NCBI GenBank assembly: GCA_030706785.1
Contig: JAUZNW010000002.1
Location: forward strand, 1 to 57,716
Reading direction: 5' to 3'
Length of the DNA: 57,716 nt
Origin: Bacteroidota bacterium
GTDB lineage: Bacteria; Bacteroidota; Bacteroidia; Bacteroidales; VadinHA17
Position numbers and translations under genes: made by a program. The notes under the pieces are model-generated. The model did not search any database, was not told the DNA's origin, and was given only the letters and a program-made list of their open reading frames with translations. How positions within the stretch are numbered: position 1 is the stretch's first letter; the number at the start of each line of letters is the position of its first letter. Below are positions 45,695 through 55,433 of the stretch, in pieces.

Positions 45695-48046
45695 ATGATT
45701 CAATACTATATCAGGTCAGCTCTCAGGAATCTCTGGCTCAATCGTAAATTCACGATCATCAACATAACTGGATTTGCATTTGCAATTTCAGTATGCCTTG
45801 GAATTTCGCTTTTCCTAACCAAAGAATATTCCTATGACAGTTACAATGAACATTTCGGTCTAATAGTAAGGCTTACAGATACAAAAAACAATTCCAGCAT
45901 AATTGATTACCGCGCAAGAGATATTCTTCAGAAAAATTTTCCGGAAATAGAGAACTCCTGTCTTGTTCTCAGAAGCGGTCATCCGATTGAAATCAGAACA
46001 TCCGACAAAGGATTATATCTCGATGACATCATGTCGGTCGACAACAATTTCTTTAAGGTTTTTACTATTTCTTTTCTGTCAGGTCAGACCTTTTCCCCTT
46101 TCGTGAATATTAATTCTGCTGTTGTGACAGAGACCTCTGCCAGAAAATTATTCGGGGATGATAATGCACTCGGAAAGGAAATCAGGGTATGGGGAGATAT
46201 CCCGGTCACTATCACAGGCATAATCAGGGATTTTCCTGATAACGCAAGCATTACTGCAGGACTTCTTGTTAATGCTGAGAATGAAAAATTCAAATTTGAC
46301 CAGTGGATAGGCGACTCAAGGGATCTCAGCACTTACCGGTGGCCTTTCCAGATATTCCTTAAGCTGAAAGAGAAAAGTTCACCCGAAACTCTCACTGCAA
46401 AAATCAATGCAAGTGCAGAATTGTTGAAACCATATGTCGAGACCATCGGACTCCTGAAATTAAAGGAAATTTACCTCCATGATACAGCCTCCGGAAGCGA
46501 AACAAAACAGGGAAATGCCGGTTTGCTCAGGCTGCTCACTATCATAGCTTTGATCATACTGTTACTGGCCATAATCAATTATGTAAACCTGACTGTTGCT
46601 CAGCAGAATAAGAGGAATAAAGATACAGGTATAAGAAAGACATTCGGTGCTGGCACATTTGATATTCTTTCACATTTCCTTTCTGAATCAATTCTTGTAT
46701 CCCTGGCAGCATTTATTCTTGGCATATACCTTTTGTGGATAATGCTTCCGTTATACAATGCTATATTTAACACGAATCTGCATCTGTCTTACTTTTTTAA
46801 TGTTCCATTCCTGGCTGGTCTTGCGGGTTCAATCATTTTGATAGGAGCTATCAGCGGCAGCATACCTGCCATCCTGCTTTCGGGGGTGACTCCGATGCGG
46901 GTACTGACCGGTACGATACTACCTCAGATTAAGAGGCAACTTTACCGTGACACAATGACCATTTTTCAGTTTTCAATATCAATTATCCTGATTTTCTGTG
47001 TTATTGTAGTTCAGAGGCAGATCAGGTTTGTAAAGCACAGAAATCCCGGTTTCAGTGAAGAGCAGCTCTTAAGGTTAGACCTTCCTAACATACAGGAAGC
47101 TGACATTAAGAAAGCCCTCACTCTTCTTGATGAATACAGAAGATCACCTTTCATCAAATCAGTATCAACTTCAAGCGGCGTCCCGGGAGAGATTTATATG
47201 TCAATGGGATCCAATATAGAAAACAGCACCAAGAACATGAGCGTCCCCTGCATCCTGGCCGACACATTGTTTCTTAAAACATTCGGGATCAGGGTTGTCA
47301 TGGGAAGGGATCTGGAACCCGGCGATTATGGAAAAGTATGTATGATGAATGAAGCTGCATATAAACATTTCGAATTCGAGGACCTCAACAATAAACGGTT
47401 TAACAATTACGGCGGTTTTGACATAATCGGCGTGGTCAATGATTTTCAATTTACTTCGCTTCATAAAACTATCGGTCCTGCCTGCATCATGTTCACACCG
47501 AATTTCAGACCGACATCCATGAATATCCGCTTTGCTGCAAACGGAACCGGACCGGGAATGGACGCCATGAAAAAAATCTGGGATGAAATGCTGCCGGGTT
47601 ATCCGTTCAAATATCAGTTCTATGATGAATGGTTCGACTCACTTTATCGCTCGGAGGAGAGGTTCGGAAAAACAATCAGCCTGTTTGCTTTGCTGGCAAT
47701 AGTTATATCATGCATAGGTATACTGGGGCTATCGATATTTTCTTCGGAGAGGAGGACCAAGGAGATCGGCGTCCGTAAAGCGAATGGCGCTAAAGTCGGA
47801 GAAATAATAAGGTTACTGAACAGGGAATTCCTGATCTGGGTGGTGACTGCCTTTGCAGCCGGAGTGCCTGTAATGCTCATTGCGATGAGAAAATGGCTGA
47901 GTACCTTCGCTTACAGGACCTCGCTTGACTGGTGGATCTTCGCTCTGGCGGGAGTCATAGCTCTTGTAATAGCAATTACTACGGTGAGCTGGCAGAGCTG
48001 GCGGGCAGCGAGGAGGAATCCGGTGGAGGCATTAAGATATGAATGA
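45695..48046 (+). CDS. Double-FtsX (MacB-like) ABC-transporter permease, paralogue 1 (783 aa from Met at 45695; the track ORF starts at 45632)
   Basis: MIQYYIRSALRNLWLNRKFT..., two MacB_PCD-like extracytoplasmic domains each followed by an FtsX 3-TM bundle, the ERRTKEIGVRKANGA loop and the C-terminus SWRAARRNPVEALRYE. No ATPase domain. Confidence 0.85.
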   Translation: MIQYYIRSALRNLWLNRKFTIINITGFAFAISVCLGISLFLTKEYSYDSYNEHFGLIVRLTDTKNNSSIIDYRARDILQKNFPEIENSCLVLRSGHPIEIRTSDKGLYLDDIMSVDNNFFKVFTISFLSGQTFSPFVNINSAVVTETSARKLFGDDNALGKEIRVWGDIPVTITGIIRDFPDNASITAGLLVNAENEKFKFDQWIGDSRDLSTYRWPFQIFLKLKEKSSPETLTAKINASAELLKPYVETIGLLKLKEIYLHDTASGSETKQGNAGLLRLLTIIALIILLLAIINYVNLTVAQQNKRNKDTGIRKTFGAGTFDILSHFLSESILVSLAAFILGIYLLWIMLPLYNAIFNTNLHLSYFFNVPFLAGLAGSIILIGAISGSIPAILLSGVTPMRVLTGTILPQIKRQLYRDTMTIFQFSISIILIFCVIVVQRQIRFVKHRNPGFSEEQLLRLDLPNIQEADIKKALTLLDEYRRSPFIKSVSTSSGVPGEIYMSMGSNIENSTKNMSVPCILADTLFLKTFGIRVVMGRDLEPGDYGKVCMMNEAAYKHFEFEDLNNKRFNNYGGFDIIGVVNDFQFTSLHKTIGPACIMFTPNFRPTSMNIRFAANGTGPGMDAMKKIWDEMLPGYPFKYQFYDEWFDSLYRSEERFGKTISLFALLAIVISCIGILGLSIFSSERRTKEIGVRKANGAKVGEIIRLLNREFLIWVVTAFAAGVPVMLIAMRKWLSTFAYRTSLDWWIFALAGVIALVIAITTVSWQSWRAARRNPVEALRYE

Positions 48047-48150
48047 GTTCAGACATGCTCACCCCCTGCTCCTATTCTCCGCCAGTTGTCTGAAAGAGGG
48101 GGTCGGCTCCTGGGCAGGTTAACGAATCTATCAATTAATTGCTGATATAG

Positions 48151-50475
48151 GTGTTGTTAAATGGTTTATTGAAAGTTGCATTCAGGAATTTCAGAAATAA
48201 TGTTACTCCTGGCATCATTAAGATTCTGGGATTGTCTGTCAGTTTATCAGCAGTATTCATTATCTGGTCTTACGTGATAAATGAAAACAAGTATGACAGC
48301 GGGATTCCGAACAGCAACAGGGTATACAGACTTGATGCACAGTGGGCAAGCATGCCACCGTTTATCGGTCACATACTGAATCAGAATCTGGGTAATGAAA
48401 TGGTTGCGGCCAGACTGAATTTCGTCTCAGATATCGGCATTCAGGTTAACAATGTTCCTTTTAATCTGAAGGATCTTGCTTTTGCCGACAGTACTTTTTT
48501 TAAAGTGCTCGCACTTAAATTCATAGCCGGCGATCCCGAAGAGGCTCTGAATAAGCCATATTCACTGGTCCTTTCAGAAGCGACTGCAAAGAGGTTGTTC
48601 GGAACTGCAGATGCGTTGGGGAAAATAATCAGGTTTGAAAATCAGGCTGACTTCACGGTCACAGGTATTATAAAGGATTACCCTTTTATGCATCTTACAC
48701 TTGAAGTGATAGCTTCAATTGTGACCCTGGAGAAAATAGGACGCCCAGGGATACTTCAGGCATACGACGGCTGGAGTTACCCGACTTATCTGATTTTGCC
48801 TGAAGGTGCCGATAAAACACGGTATGAAACAAAAATCAGGGAACATCTTGCCAAATTCAGATATGACGAGAACTTCCATCTGAAACCATTTGATGAAATT
48901 TATTATTCACACGAATATGAGAATGAAAGCAACACTAAACATGGCAATCTATTATATAACAGGGTCCTGGTAGCGGTTTCAATATTCATATTACTGCTGG
49001 CCGCCATCAATTTCATAAACATGACAATTGCAAATGCCGTATCAAGATCAAGAGAGGTAAGCTTCAGAAAACTCCAGGGGGCGTCAAAAACAGAACTGGT
49101 AATTCAGTTCCTTTTTGAAACGGCAATATTCATTTTTGCTGCTATCCTTCTATGCATTATTTTCTTATGGTTTTTAAATCCATTATTAACCTCATTAACA
49201 GGCTTTTCAGTCAATTTTTCAAGCTTCTTAACAAATCATAATTTAATTATAACAATAACCGGCTTGTTGATCTTCATTGCTATTTCCGGTATATATCCGA
49301 GTATATATATCAGTTCATTTACTTTCCTGACAGACAAAAGAAGGATCACGGGATCTCCCGGTCACATTGGGATCCGCAACGGACTGATCATCTTCCAGAA
49401 CCTGGTTTCTGTTTCATTGATCATCTGCACGCTTATTGCAAACAGACAGTTCCGGTATATGAACAGGAAAGACCTTGGATTCAATAAGAATGGCGTGGTC
49501 ATTCTAAAGCTTAATTCACAGCTGAAAGAACATATGGACCTGTTCAGGCAAAAGCTGCTGACCAGCCCGGAAATAAGCAGTGTCTCATTTTCAAGCAGGA
49601 TTCCCGGAAATTACTGGGGTTCATGGTGTTGTGTAAATATTGAAGGCAAGGAGAATAAATATTTTAATAACTATGTCGATCCTGATTATCTTAAGACACT
49701 TGAAATCAAACTTAAAGAAGGGAGAAACTTCTCGTATGAGAATCCGGGAGATTTAAAGGCAACCTACATGATAAACGAGACCGGTATTAAAATGTATGAT
49801 CTGAAGAATCCTATCGGGCAGATCATTACACCGGGAAACGGGATAAAAGGTACCATTATTGGCATCTTCCGCGATTTTCACTACAGGGGGCTTAATTATG
49901 AACAGACACCATTGATACTTTTCTATACTCCGGAATATAAAAACTATATTAATATCAGACTCTCACATGCTGACACCAAAAGAACACTCGAAAAGATAAG
50001 GAATACATGGGATGAAGTCTGTCCTGCTTTTTCCTTCGAATACAGATTTCTGGATGAAATATACGATGAGCAGTATAGTGCGGAAAGAAAGTTTGAGGGT
50101 CTGATATTTTCATTTGCAATGCTGGCGCTTTTAATAGCAGGAATAGGCCTTTACGGACTTTCGGTCTACAGTATTGAACGGCGTACCAAGGAGATTGGGA
50201 TAAGGAAGGTTAACGGGGCATCCATATCAGGCATAATGATTCGTCTTAACAGGGGGATTGTTAAATGGGTTATAATAGCGTTTTTACTTGCTTCACCCAT
50301 TGCATTGTATTCGATGAATAAATGGCTGCAGAAATTCCCGTACAGGGCTGATCTGAGCTGGATCGATTTTGTACTTGGCGGATTAATTGCACTAGTAATA
50401 GTATTACTTTCGGTGAGCCTGCAAAGCTGGCGGGCAGCAACAAGGAATCCGGTTGAAGTCTTAAGATACGAATGA
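48151..50475 (+). CDS. Double-FtsX (MacB-like) ABC-transporter permease, paralogue 2 (774 aa, apparent GTG start)
   Basis: Same architecture as paralogue 1. ERRTKEIGIRKVNGA loop and C-terminus SWRAATRNPVEVLRYE. Confidence 0.85.
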   Translation: MLLNGLLKVAFRNFRNNVTPGIIKILGLSVSLSAVFIIWSYVINENKYDSGIPNSNRVYRLDAQWASMPPFIGHILNQNLGNEMVAARLNFVSDIGIQVNNVPFNLKDLAFADSTFFKVLALKFIAGDPEEALNKPYSLVLSEATAKRLFGTADALGKIIRFENQADFTVTGIIKDYPFMHLTLEVIASIVTLEKIGRPGILQAYDGWSYPTYLILPEGADKTRYETKIREHLAKFRYDENFHLKPFDEIYYSHEYENESNTKHGNLLYNRVLVAVSIFILLLAAINFINMTIANAVSRSREVSFRKLQGASKTELVIQFLFETAIFIFAAILLCIIFLWFLNPLLTSLTGFSVNFSSFLTNHNLIITITGLLIFIAISGIYPSIYISSFTFLTDKRRITGSPGHIGIRNGLIIFQNLVSVSLIICTLIANRQFRYMNRKDLGFNKNGVVILKLNSQLKEHMDLFRQKLLTSPEISSVSFSSRIPGNYWGSWCCVNIEGKENKYFNNYVDPDYLKTLEIKLKEGRNFSYENPGDLKATYMINETGIKMYDLKNPIGQIITPGNGIKGTIIGIFRDFHYRGLNYEQTPLILFYTPEYKNYINIRLSHADTKRTLEKIRNTWDEVCPAFSFEYRFLDEIYDEQYSAERKFEGLIFSFAMLALLIAGIGLYGLSVYSIERRTKEIGIRKVNGASISGIMIRLNRGIVKWVIIAFLLASPIALYSMNKWLQKFPYRADLSWIDFVLGGLIALVIVLLSVSLQSWRAATRNPVEVLRYE

Positions 50476-50481
50476 TAAAAT

Positions 50482-52872
50482 ATGCTGAACTTCATTCTCA
50501 TCTACCGGAACCTCACGAAAATAAAAGAGTACACTTTTCTTAATATTGCAGGACTTGGAATTGGCCTTGCATGCTCTCTGGCCATGCTTGTCTGGCTAAG
50601 GAATGAATTGAGCTATGACAGGCATCTTCCTGACGCTAACCGCATTTACAGGCTGACATTTGAAACGAACAACTCTGGGAACAGGATCCATTTTGCCAGA
50701 TGCAACGAGGACTGGATACCAAAAATCCCTGGCTTTTTCCCGGAAATTGAGGAGATGATAAGACTGGCCCCGTTCAGACATACCGCGATAAAAGCAGAGG
50801 AGAATAAATTCTATTCCGACAATGTGTTTGCAACGGATTCCAATTTTTTCAAAGTCTTTAACATCAGGCTTAAGTCAGGCAACCCGGAAAAAGTTCTCAA
50901 AGAACCTCACTCAGCAGTAATATCATCTTCCCTGGCACAAAAATGCTTTGGCAGCCTCGATCCTGTCGGGCAATCCCTTTTACTCTCTGGTGAATACGAT
51001 ACCAAAATGACGCTTTTTTCAATCAGTGGTGTCATGAATGATACACCCATGAATTCCCATATTCATTTCGACATTATAACATCCTTTGAAAAACCGGATG
51101 AAAATCCGGATTGGTCGTATGTATACCTCCTTCTAAGGCCAAATTCTGGTCCTAATCAGATACTTCAGCAATTCCCTGCATTTCTCAGAGAAGCAGCAAA
51201 AGAACTGGATCAGGGCAAATATATCCCCGACCTGCAGAGGATCACTGACATTCACCTTTATTCGGACAAGGACAGGGAGGTCGAGCCAAATGGTAGCATT
51301 ACAGGGATTTACCTTTTTATTCTGATCACCCTGGTTGTACTGATAATCTCTTGGTCAAATTTCTATAATCTCAACAGGGCAAGGATGCTTGCGCTTCAGA
51401 AACAGATCCACCTCCAGCTTATTACAGGATCGACTAGGGCATTGCTTACCTTGCAGTCTTTAGCTGAATCCGCAATCATCACTCTTCTGTCGTTTGGAGC
51501 AGCTCTTTTCCTCCTTGACCTGGCTGACGGATATTCAGTCCGTCTCCTCGGATTCAGGCTTCTGCCTGACGGATTAGCCAGTCTGACAGATTCATGGGTA
51601 TTTATTCTGGGAATTCTGTCAATCACAATTTTGGCTGGAAGCTTCCCTTTAATCAATTATCTCCGGAAATCTGATAAACCGCTTCTTCAGTTCAGGGGAT
51701 TCTTGAACAGATCATGGATTGGAATTTCGTCGTACAGGATCCTGCTGACCGGACAGTTCATACTTGCAATATTGCTGATGACAGCATCAATTGCCATTAA
51801 CAGGCAGAAAAATTATATGCTATCACTTGGTCTGGGAGAAATGAGCCCTGACATACTCGTTTTTAAGAAGCAAAACTGGGAGATAAGATTTAAATATGAT
51901 ATATTCAGGAAGAAAGCTCTTGAAAGTCCGTTAGTAAAAGCAATAAGCGCAGCTATGGAGGAACCCTCAGGGGAAACCCTGGATGCCCTCGGGATTGAAT
52001 CGGGAGAAATCGGCAAGGGAAATGACGACACAAGGCTTTTTGTTTTGGCGGTTGAGGATAATTTTCTGGATTTTTTCAATATTCCACTGGTTGCAGGCAG
52101 CAATTTTACCCGGTTCAATCCTGAAAGGAAAGGCGAAGATTATATCCTCAATGAAACTGCTGTAAAGAGGCTTGGATGGACACCTCAGGAAGCTATCGGC
52201 AAACCTTTCAAGGTCAAATTCGATGTACCTGATATTTTCTATGGCGGAACAGTAACCGGGGTCGTAAGGGATTTCAATTTCAACACAGCCCGCCAGGAGA
52301 TAAAGCCTTATGTACTTTTCCAGAAACCAATCTTTTATTTATGCTTCCTAGTAAAAATCGATCATCCACGAAAAAATGAAGCGATCTCTTACCTTAAGAA
52401 AATATGGGAAGCGGAGCTGCCGGATTATCCCTTCCAGTATGAATTCATAAATGACACATACAGGTCAGCCTATGCGAGCGATCTTTCACAGGGCAAGCTC
52501 ACAGGCCTCTTTTCAATACTTTCAATATTAATAATCTGCTTTGGCCTCCTGTCGGTAACCTCACTCCTTGTTGAGCAGAGGACCCGTGAAATAGGGATCA
52601 GAAAGACGAACGGAGCACGGTTTGCTGATATTCTGATCGCCTTGAACAGCGACTTCATAAGGTGCTTTGCCGTTGCTTTGATAATTGCGTATCCCGCAGG
52701 CTGGTACTTCATGAATAAGTGGCTGCAGAATTTTGTTTACAGAACCCATCTGAGCTGGTGGATATTCATCCTCTCAGGATTGCCTGTTCTGATTCTTACA
52801 ATTCTGACTGTAAGCCTTCAAAGCTGGCGGGCAGCGAAGAGGAATCCCGTTGAAGCCTTACGGTACGAATGA
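50482..52872 (+). CDS. Double-FtsX (MacB-like) ABC-transporter permease, paralogue 3 (796 aa)
   Basis: Same architecture as paralogues 1 and 2. EQRTREIGIRKTNGA loop and C-terminus SWRAAKRNPVEALRYE. It starts 6 nt after paralogue 2. Confidence 0.85.
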   Translation: MLNFILIYRNLTKIKEYTFLNIAGLGIGLACSLAMLVWLRNELSYDRHLPDANRIYRLTFETNNSGNRIHFARCNEDWIPKIPGFFPEIEEMIRLAPFRHTAIKAEENKFYSDNVFATDSNFFKVFNIRLKSGNPEKVLKEPHSAVISSSLAQKCFGSLDPVGQSLLLSGEYDTKMTLFSISGVMNDTPMNSHIHFDIITSFEKPDENPDWSYVYLLLRPNSGPNQILQQFPAFLREAAKELDQGKYIPDLQRITDIHLYSDKDREVEPNGSITGIYLFILITLVVLIISWSNFYNLNRARMLALQKQIHLQLITGSTRALLTLQSLAESAIITLLSFGAALFLLDLADGYSVRLLGFRLLPDGLASLTDSWVFILGILSITILAGSFPLINYLRKSDKPLLQFRGFLNRSWIGISSYRILLTGQFILAILLMTASIAINRQKNYMLSLGLGEMSPDILVFKKQNWEIRFKYDIFRKKALESPLVKAISAAMEEPSGETLDALGIESGEIGKGNDDTRLFVLAVEDNFLDFFNIPLVAGSNFTRFNPERKGEDYILNETAVKRLGWTPQEAIGKPFKVKFDVPDIFYGGTVTGVVRDFNFNTARQEIKPYVLFQKPIFYLCFLVKIDHPRKNEAISYLKKIWEAELPDYPFQYEFINDTYRSAYASDLSQGKLTGLFSILSILIICFGLLSVTSLLVEQRTREIGIRKTNGARFADILIALNSDFIRCFAVALIIAYPAGWYFMNKWLQNFVYRTHLSWWIFILSGLPVLILTILTVSLQSWRAAKRNPVEALRYE

Positions 52873-52909
52873 CCTTTCCTGTGAGGCTGCAGGAACAATT
52901 CTTTTTAAC

Positions 52910-52981
52910 CGCAAAAGACACAAAGAAGGCGCAAAGTACGCAAAGTAAACGACTGTGGTTCATTCCTTTGTTGTCTTTGCG
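52910..52981. repeat. Imperfect long hairpin made of GCAAAG words after the permease array
   Basis: The left arm CGCAAAAGACACAAAGAAGG pairs with the right arm CCTTTGTTGTCTTTGCG, with about 15 pairs and bulges. The loop holds two more CGCAAAGT words. Confidence 0.6.
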
Positions 52982-53134
52982 AAAAAGTTTTGCGCTCTCT
53001 GCTCCTGCCTGCATCGCCTTCGCGTAGCCGCTTCAGCAGAGCAAGGCCGTCAGGCAGGGTTTATGGCTTTCGGCTTTTTCCACAAACCCTAATCGATCAT
53101 GAGAGTTACTAAAATGCTATTTTAGCGGCAGAAA

Positions 53135-53767
53135 ATGACCAACTTTCCAGAAATATTAAAAAGAGAAATTCTCAAAGGACTTCCCGGCACCGAAGTCCAG
53201 CTCCGGATGGCCCCGCCCGATATGCATCTGATGAACTTCCCGAAAGCGCCCGGACCTCGAACGCGCATCGCAGCAGTTCTTGTCCTCCTGTATGAGCAGA
53301 AAGGGGATCTTTCAACTGTTTTCATACAACGACCTGATTATGAGGGCGTTCATGGAGGACAGATAAGTTTCCCGGGCGGAATGAAGGAATCTTCAGATCA
53401 TGATCTTGTTCAGACGGCACTGAGGGAAGCCAATGAAGAAGTCGGTGTCGATATATCAAGAATTAGTGTAATAGGTACACTTACACCGCTCTTTATTCCT
53501 GTAAGCGATATACTGGTAACGCCAGTAGCAGGATGGATTGATGAAAAACCTATGTATAACCTTCAGACTGAGGAGGTAGTTTTTCTGATAGAGGGCAGCG
53601 TGGAAAATTTCCTTGATCCTTCTCTGGTCAGGATCAAGGTTCTTGAAATAAGAGGCCGGATGCGCAGGATAAAGTACTTCGATTATAACGGTTATGTCAT
53701 CTGGGGAGCCACTGCCATGATTTTAAATGAACTTCTGGAAATCATCAGAAGAACCGGGATTCTATAG
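53135..53767 (+). CDS. NUDIX hydrolase, CoA-pyrophosphatase-like (210 aa)
   Basis: Nudix box GGQISFPGGMKESSDHDLVQTALREANEEVGV. The upstream VLLY...FIQR...H.G.ISFPGG resembles the CoA-binding NuCoA motif. Confidence 0.75.
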   Translation: MTNFPEILKREILKGLPGTEVQLRMAPPDMHLMNFPKAPGPRTRIAAVLVLLYEQKGDLSTVFIQRPDYEGVHGGQISFPGGMKESSDHDLVQTALREANEEVGVDISRISVIGTLTPLFIPVSDILVTPVAGWIDEKPMYNLQTEEVVFLIEGSVENFLDPSLVRIKVLEIRGRMRRIKYFDYNGYVIWGATAMILNELLEIIRRTGIL

Positions 53768-53780
53768 CAGGGAGAAAGCA

Positions 53781-53836
53781 GTTGTGCGGTTGTGCAGGTT
53801 GCGCAGGTTACAGGATGATATGCAAAATTGCAAAAC
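53781..53836. repeat. Degenerate 8-9-nt tandem words in a convergent gap
   Basis: GTTGTGCG GTTGTGCA GGTTGCGCA GGTTACAGG, followed by TGCAAAAT TGCAAAAC. Confidence 0.7.
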
Positions 53837-53919
53837 TTGTATAACCAGGTGCAGTTGATTTTGGGATTGCCGGACTGCCAGTTTCAAAGACCTGCTGACC
53901 GCTGAAAGCTGACAGCTTA

Positions 53920-55374
53920 TCACCTCTGAACATACGAAATCGGTTCCTCATTTTCGGGGATGATGTTCTTATAATGCTCGTATCTGGCGAGGATCTCATT
54001 TACGAAAGCGACTGATTCCTTTCCCTTGAAAAAGCCGTTTTTAACGTCAATGTCATTATAATACCTTGGCTCGGTTTTCTTTTGCAGCCATTCCGCAACA
54101 TTGTCATCCCATTTCTGAGGATTCTTCCCATTCTTCGCCGCAAGCTTCATTGCGTCAAGGATATGGCCCGGACCTGCATTATAAGCAGCAAGGATGAACT
54201 TTATCCTTTCATTCTCATCAGTAATCTTCGAATCGAAGACCGAATGCAGGAAGATAATGAACTTCACTCCGGCCCTGATATTGTTCCGGGGGGAAGTGGT
54301 TATGTCTATACCAAAATGTTCCCCCGTTTCCGGCATAACCTGCATCAGCCCATAGGCTCCTTTCCGTGATTTCACGTCGGGTATAAACCTCGATTCCTGG
54401 CATATCAGTGATGCCAGCAGACGCCAGTCCCATTTAATTTCCACACTGAATTCCTTAATAATGTCATCCCACTGGGATACTTTTCCGGAACTAAGGGTAT
54501 AATAATCACTCCTGATAATTGACCTGGATCTGGTATTTTTAAAATACTTCGCATAGAGCATTGCGTAGGTCTGTGTGCTCCTGAATGTTGTAATCCAGCG
54601 GTTCAGTTCTCCCAGAAGCCGTTGTGAGTTTTCTTTTCTGATTCCCCATGCAAGGCTTTGGGGAGCACTTAATGTAGTGCTCACATCTATTCCCGGGTAA
54701 TATGTTGAATTTACTAGAGCAATATCTTCATCACAAACTGCATATTCAATTTCTCCCCTGTCGACAAGTTGTATAAGCACCTCTGATTCAAAGGGTACCT
54801 CGATCACATTTACAGGCTTGTTATTCTTCCCTGACAGGAGGTTAAGCTGTTCAACAGGCGATGATCCTTTCTGGACGAAGATGCTTTTGTTTGCCAGATC
54901 GGCAGGTTTTCTCAGCAATCTGCCTTCAAGAGCAGTGGATGTCATGTTTTCCCATCTGTGGGGCTTACGCTGAACAAGCACCTGCCTGGTGCAGTCGATC
55001 GGTTCGGTGAACTGAATCCCCTTTCTCCTTGATTCTGTAACAGTTAATCCGAATGCCAGAAGATCAACTTTTCCTGTGTTCAGCATGTCAAACGCTTCGG
55101 AAAGGTTGTTTCCTGCCGGAACTATTTCAAGGTCAACCCCAAGATGATCACAGAAAGCTTTCAAAAGTTCATAATGGAATCCCATCGGTTCGCCCCTGTA
55201 AATAAAATAGTCGGTGGAGTTGAAGTCGGTAACCGCAATAAGCCTGCCCCTTGCTTTTATTGAATCAAGGTCAAACGATCCGGTATTAAGTTCTGGTCTT
55301 TTGTGGTGATTATCAGAGCATGACATAATGAAGGCTCCAAAGAGCGCCACAAGAACGAGTAGCCTTTTTATCAA
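53920..55374 (-). CDS. mltF: Membrane-bound lytic murein transglycosylase F-like (484 aa)
   Basis: Signal/lipobox (FIMSC-S), an N-terminal family-3 solute-binding-like domain and a C-terminal SLT domain with the catalytic motif ICQESRF...AYGLMQVMPETG...AYNAGPGH. Confidence 0.8.
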   Translation of the reverse strand: MIKRLLVLVALFGAFIMSCSDNHHKRPELNTGSFDLDSIKARGRLIAVTDFNSTDYFIYRGEPMGFHYELLKAFCDHLGVDLEIVPAGNNLSEAFDMLNTGKVDLLAFGLTVTESRRKGIQFTEPIDCTRQVLVQRKPHRWENMTSTALEGRLLRKPADLANKSIFVQKGSSPVEQLNLLSGKNNKPVNVIEVPFESEVLIQLVDRGEIEYAVCDEDIALVNSTYYPGIDVSTTLSAPQSLAWGIRKENSQRLLGELNRWITTFRSTQTYAMLYAKYFKNTRSRSIIRSDYYTLSSGKVSQWDDIIKEFSVEIKWDWRLLASLICQESRFIPDVKSRKGAYGLMQVMPETGEHFGIDITTSPRNNIRAGVKFIIFLHSVFDSKITDENERIKFILAAYNAGPGHILDAMKLAAKNGKNPQKWDDNVAEWLQKKTEPRYYNDIDVKNGFFKGKESVAFVNEILARYEHYKNIIPENEEPISYVQR

Positions 55375-55414
55375 ATGTTTGGTTTTTGTTGAGCAATACC
55401 CTTAAGTGAGGGTA

Positions 55415-55422
55415 CAAAGATA
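55415..55422 (-). promoter_or_regulatory. Candidate -7 promoter box TAtcTTTG for mltF
   Basis: Plus strand reads CAAAGATA, about 40 nt upstream of the mltF start. Confidence 0.3.
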
Positions 55423-55433
55423 CGACAAATTCT

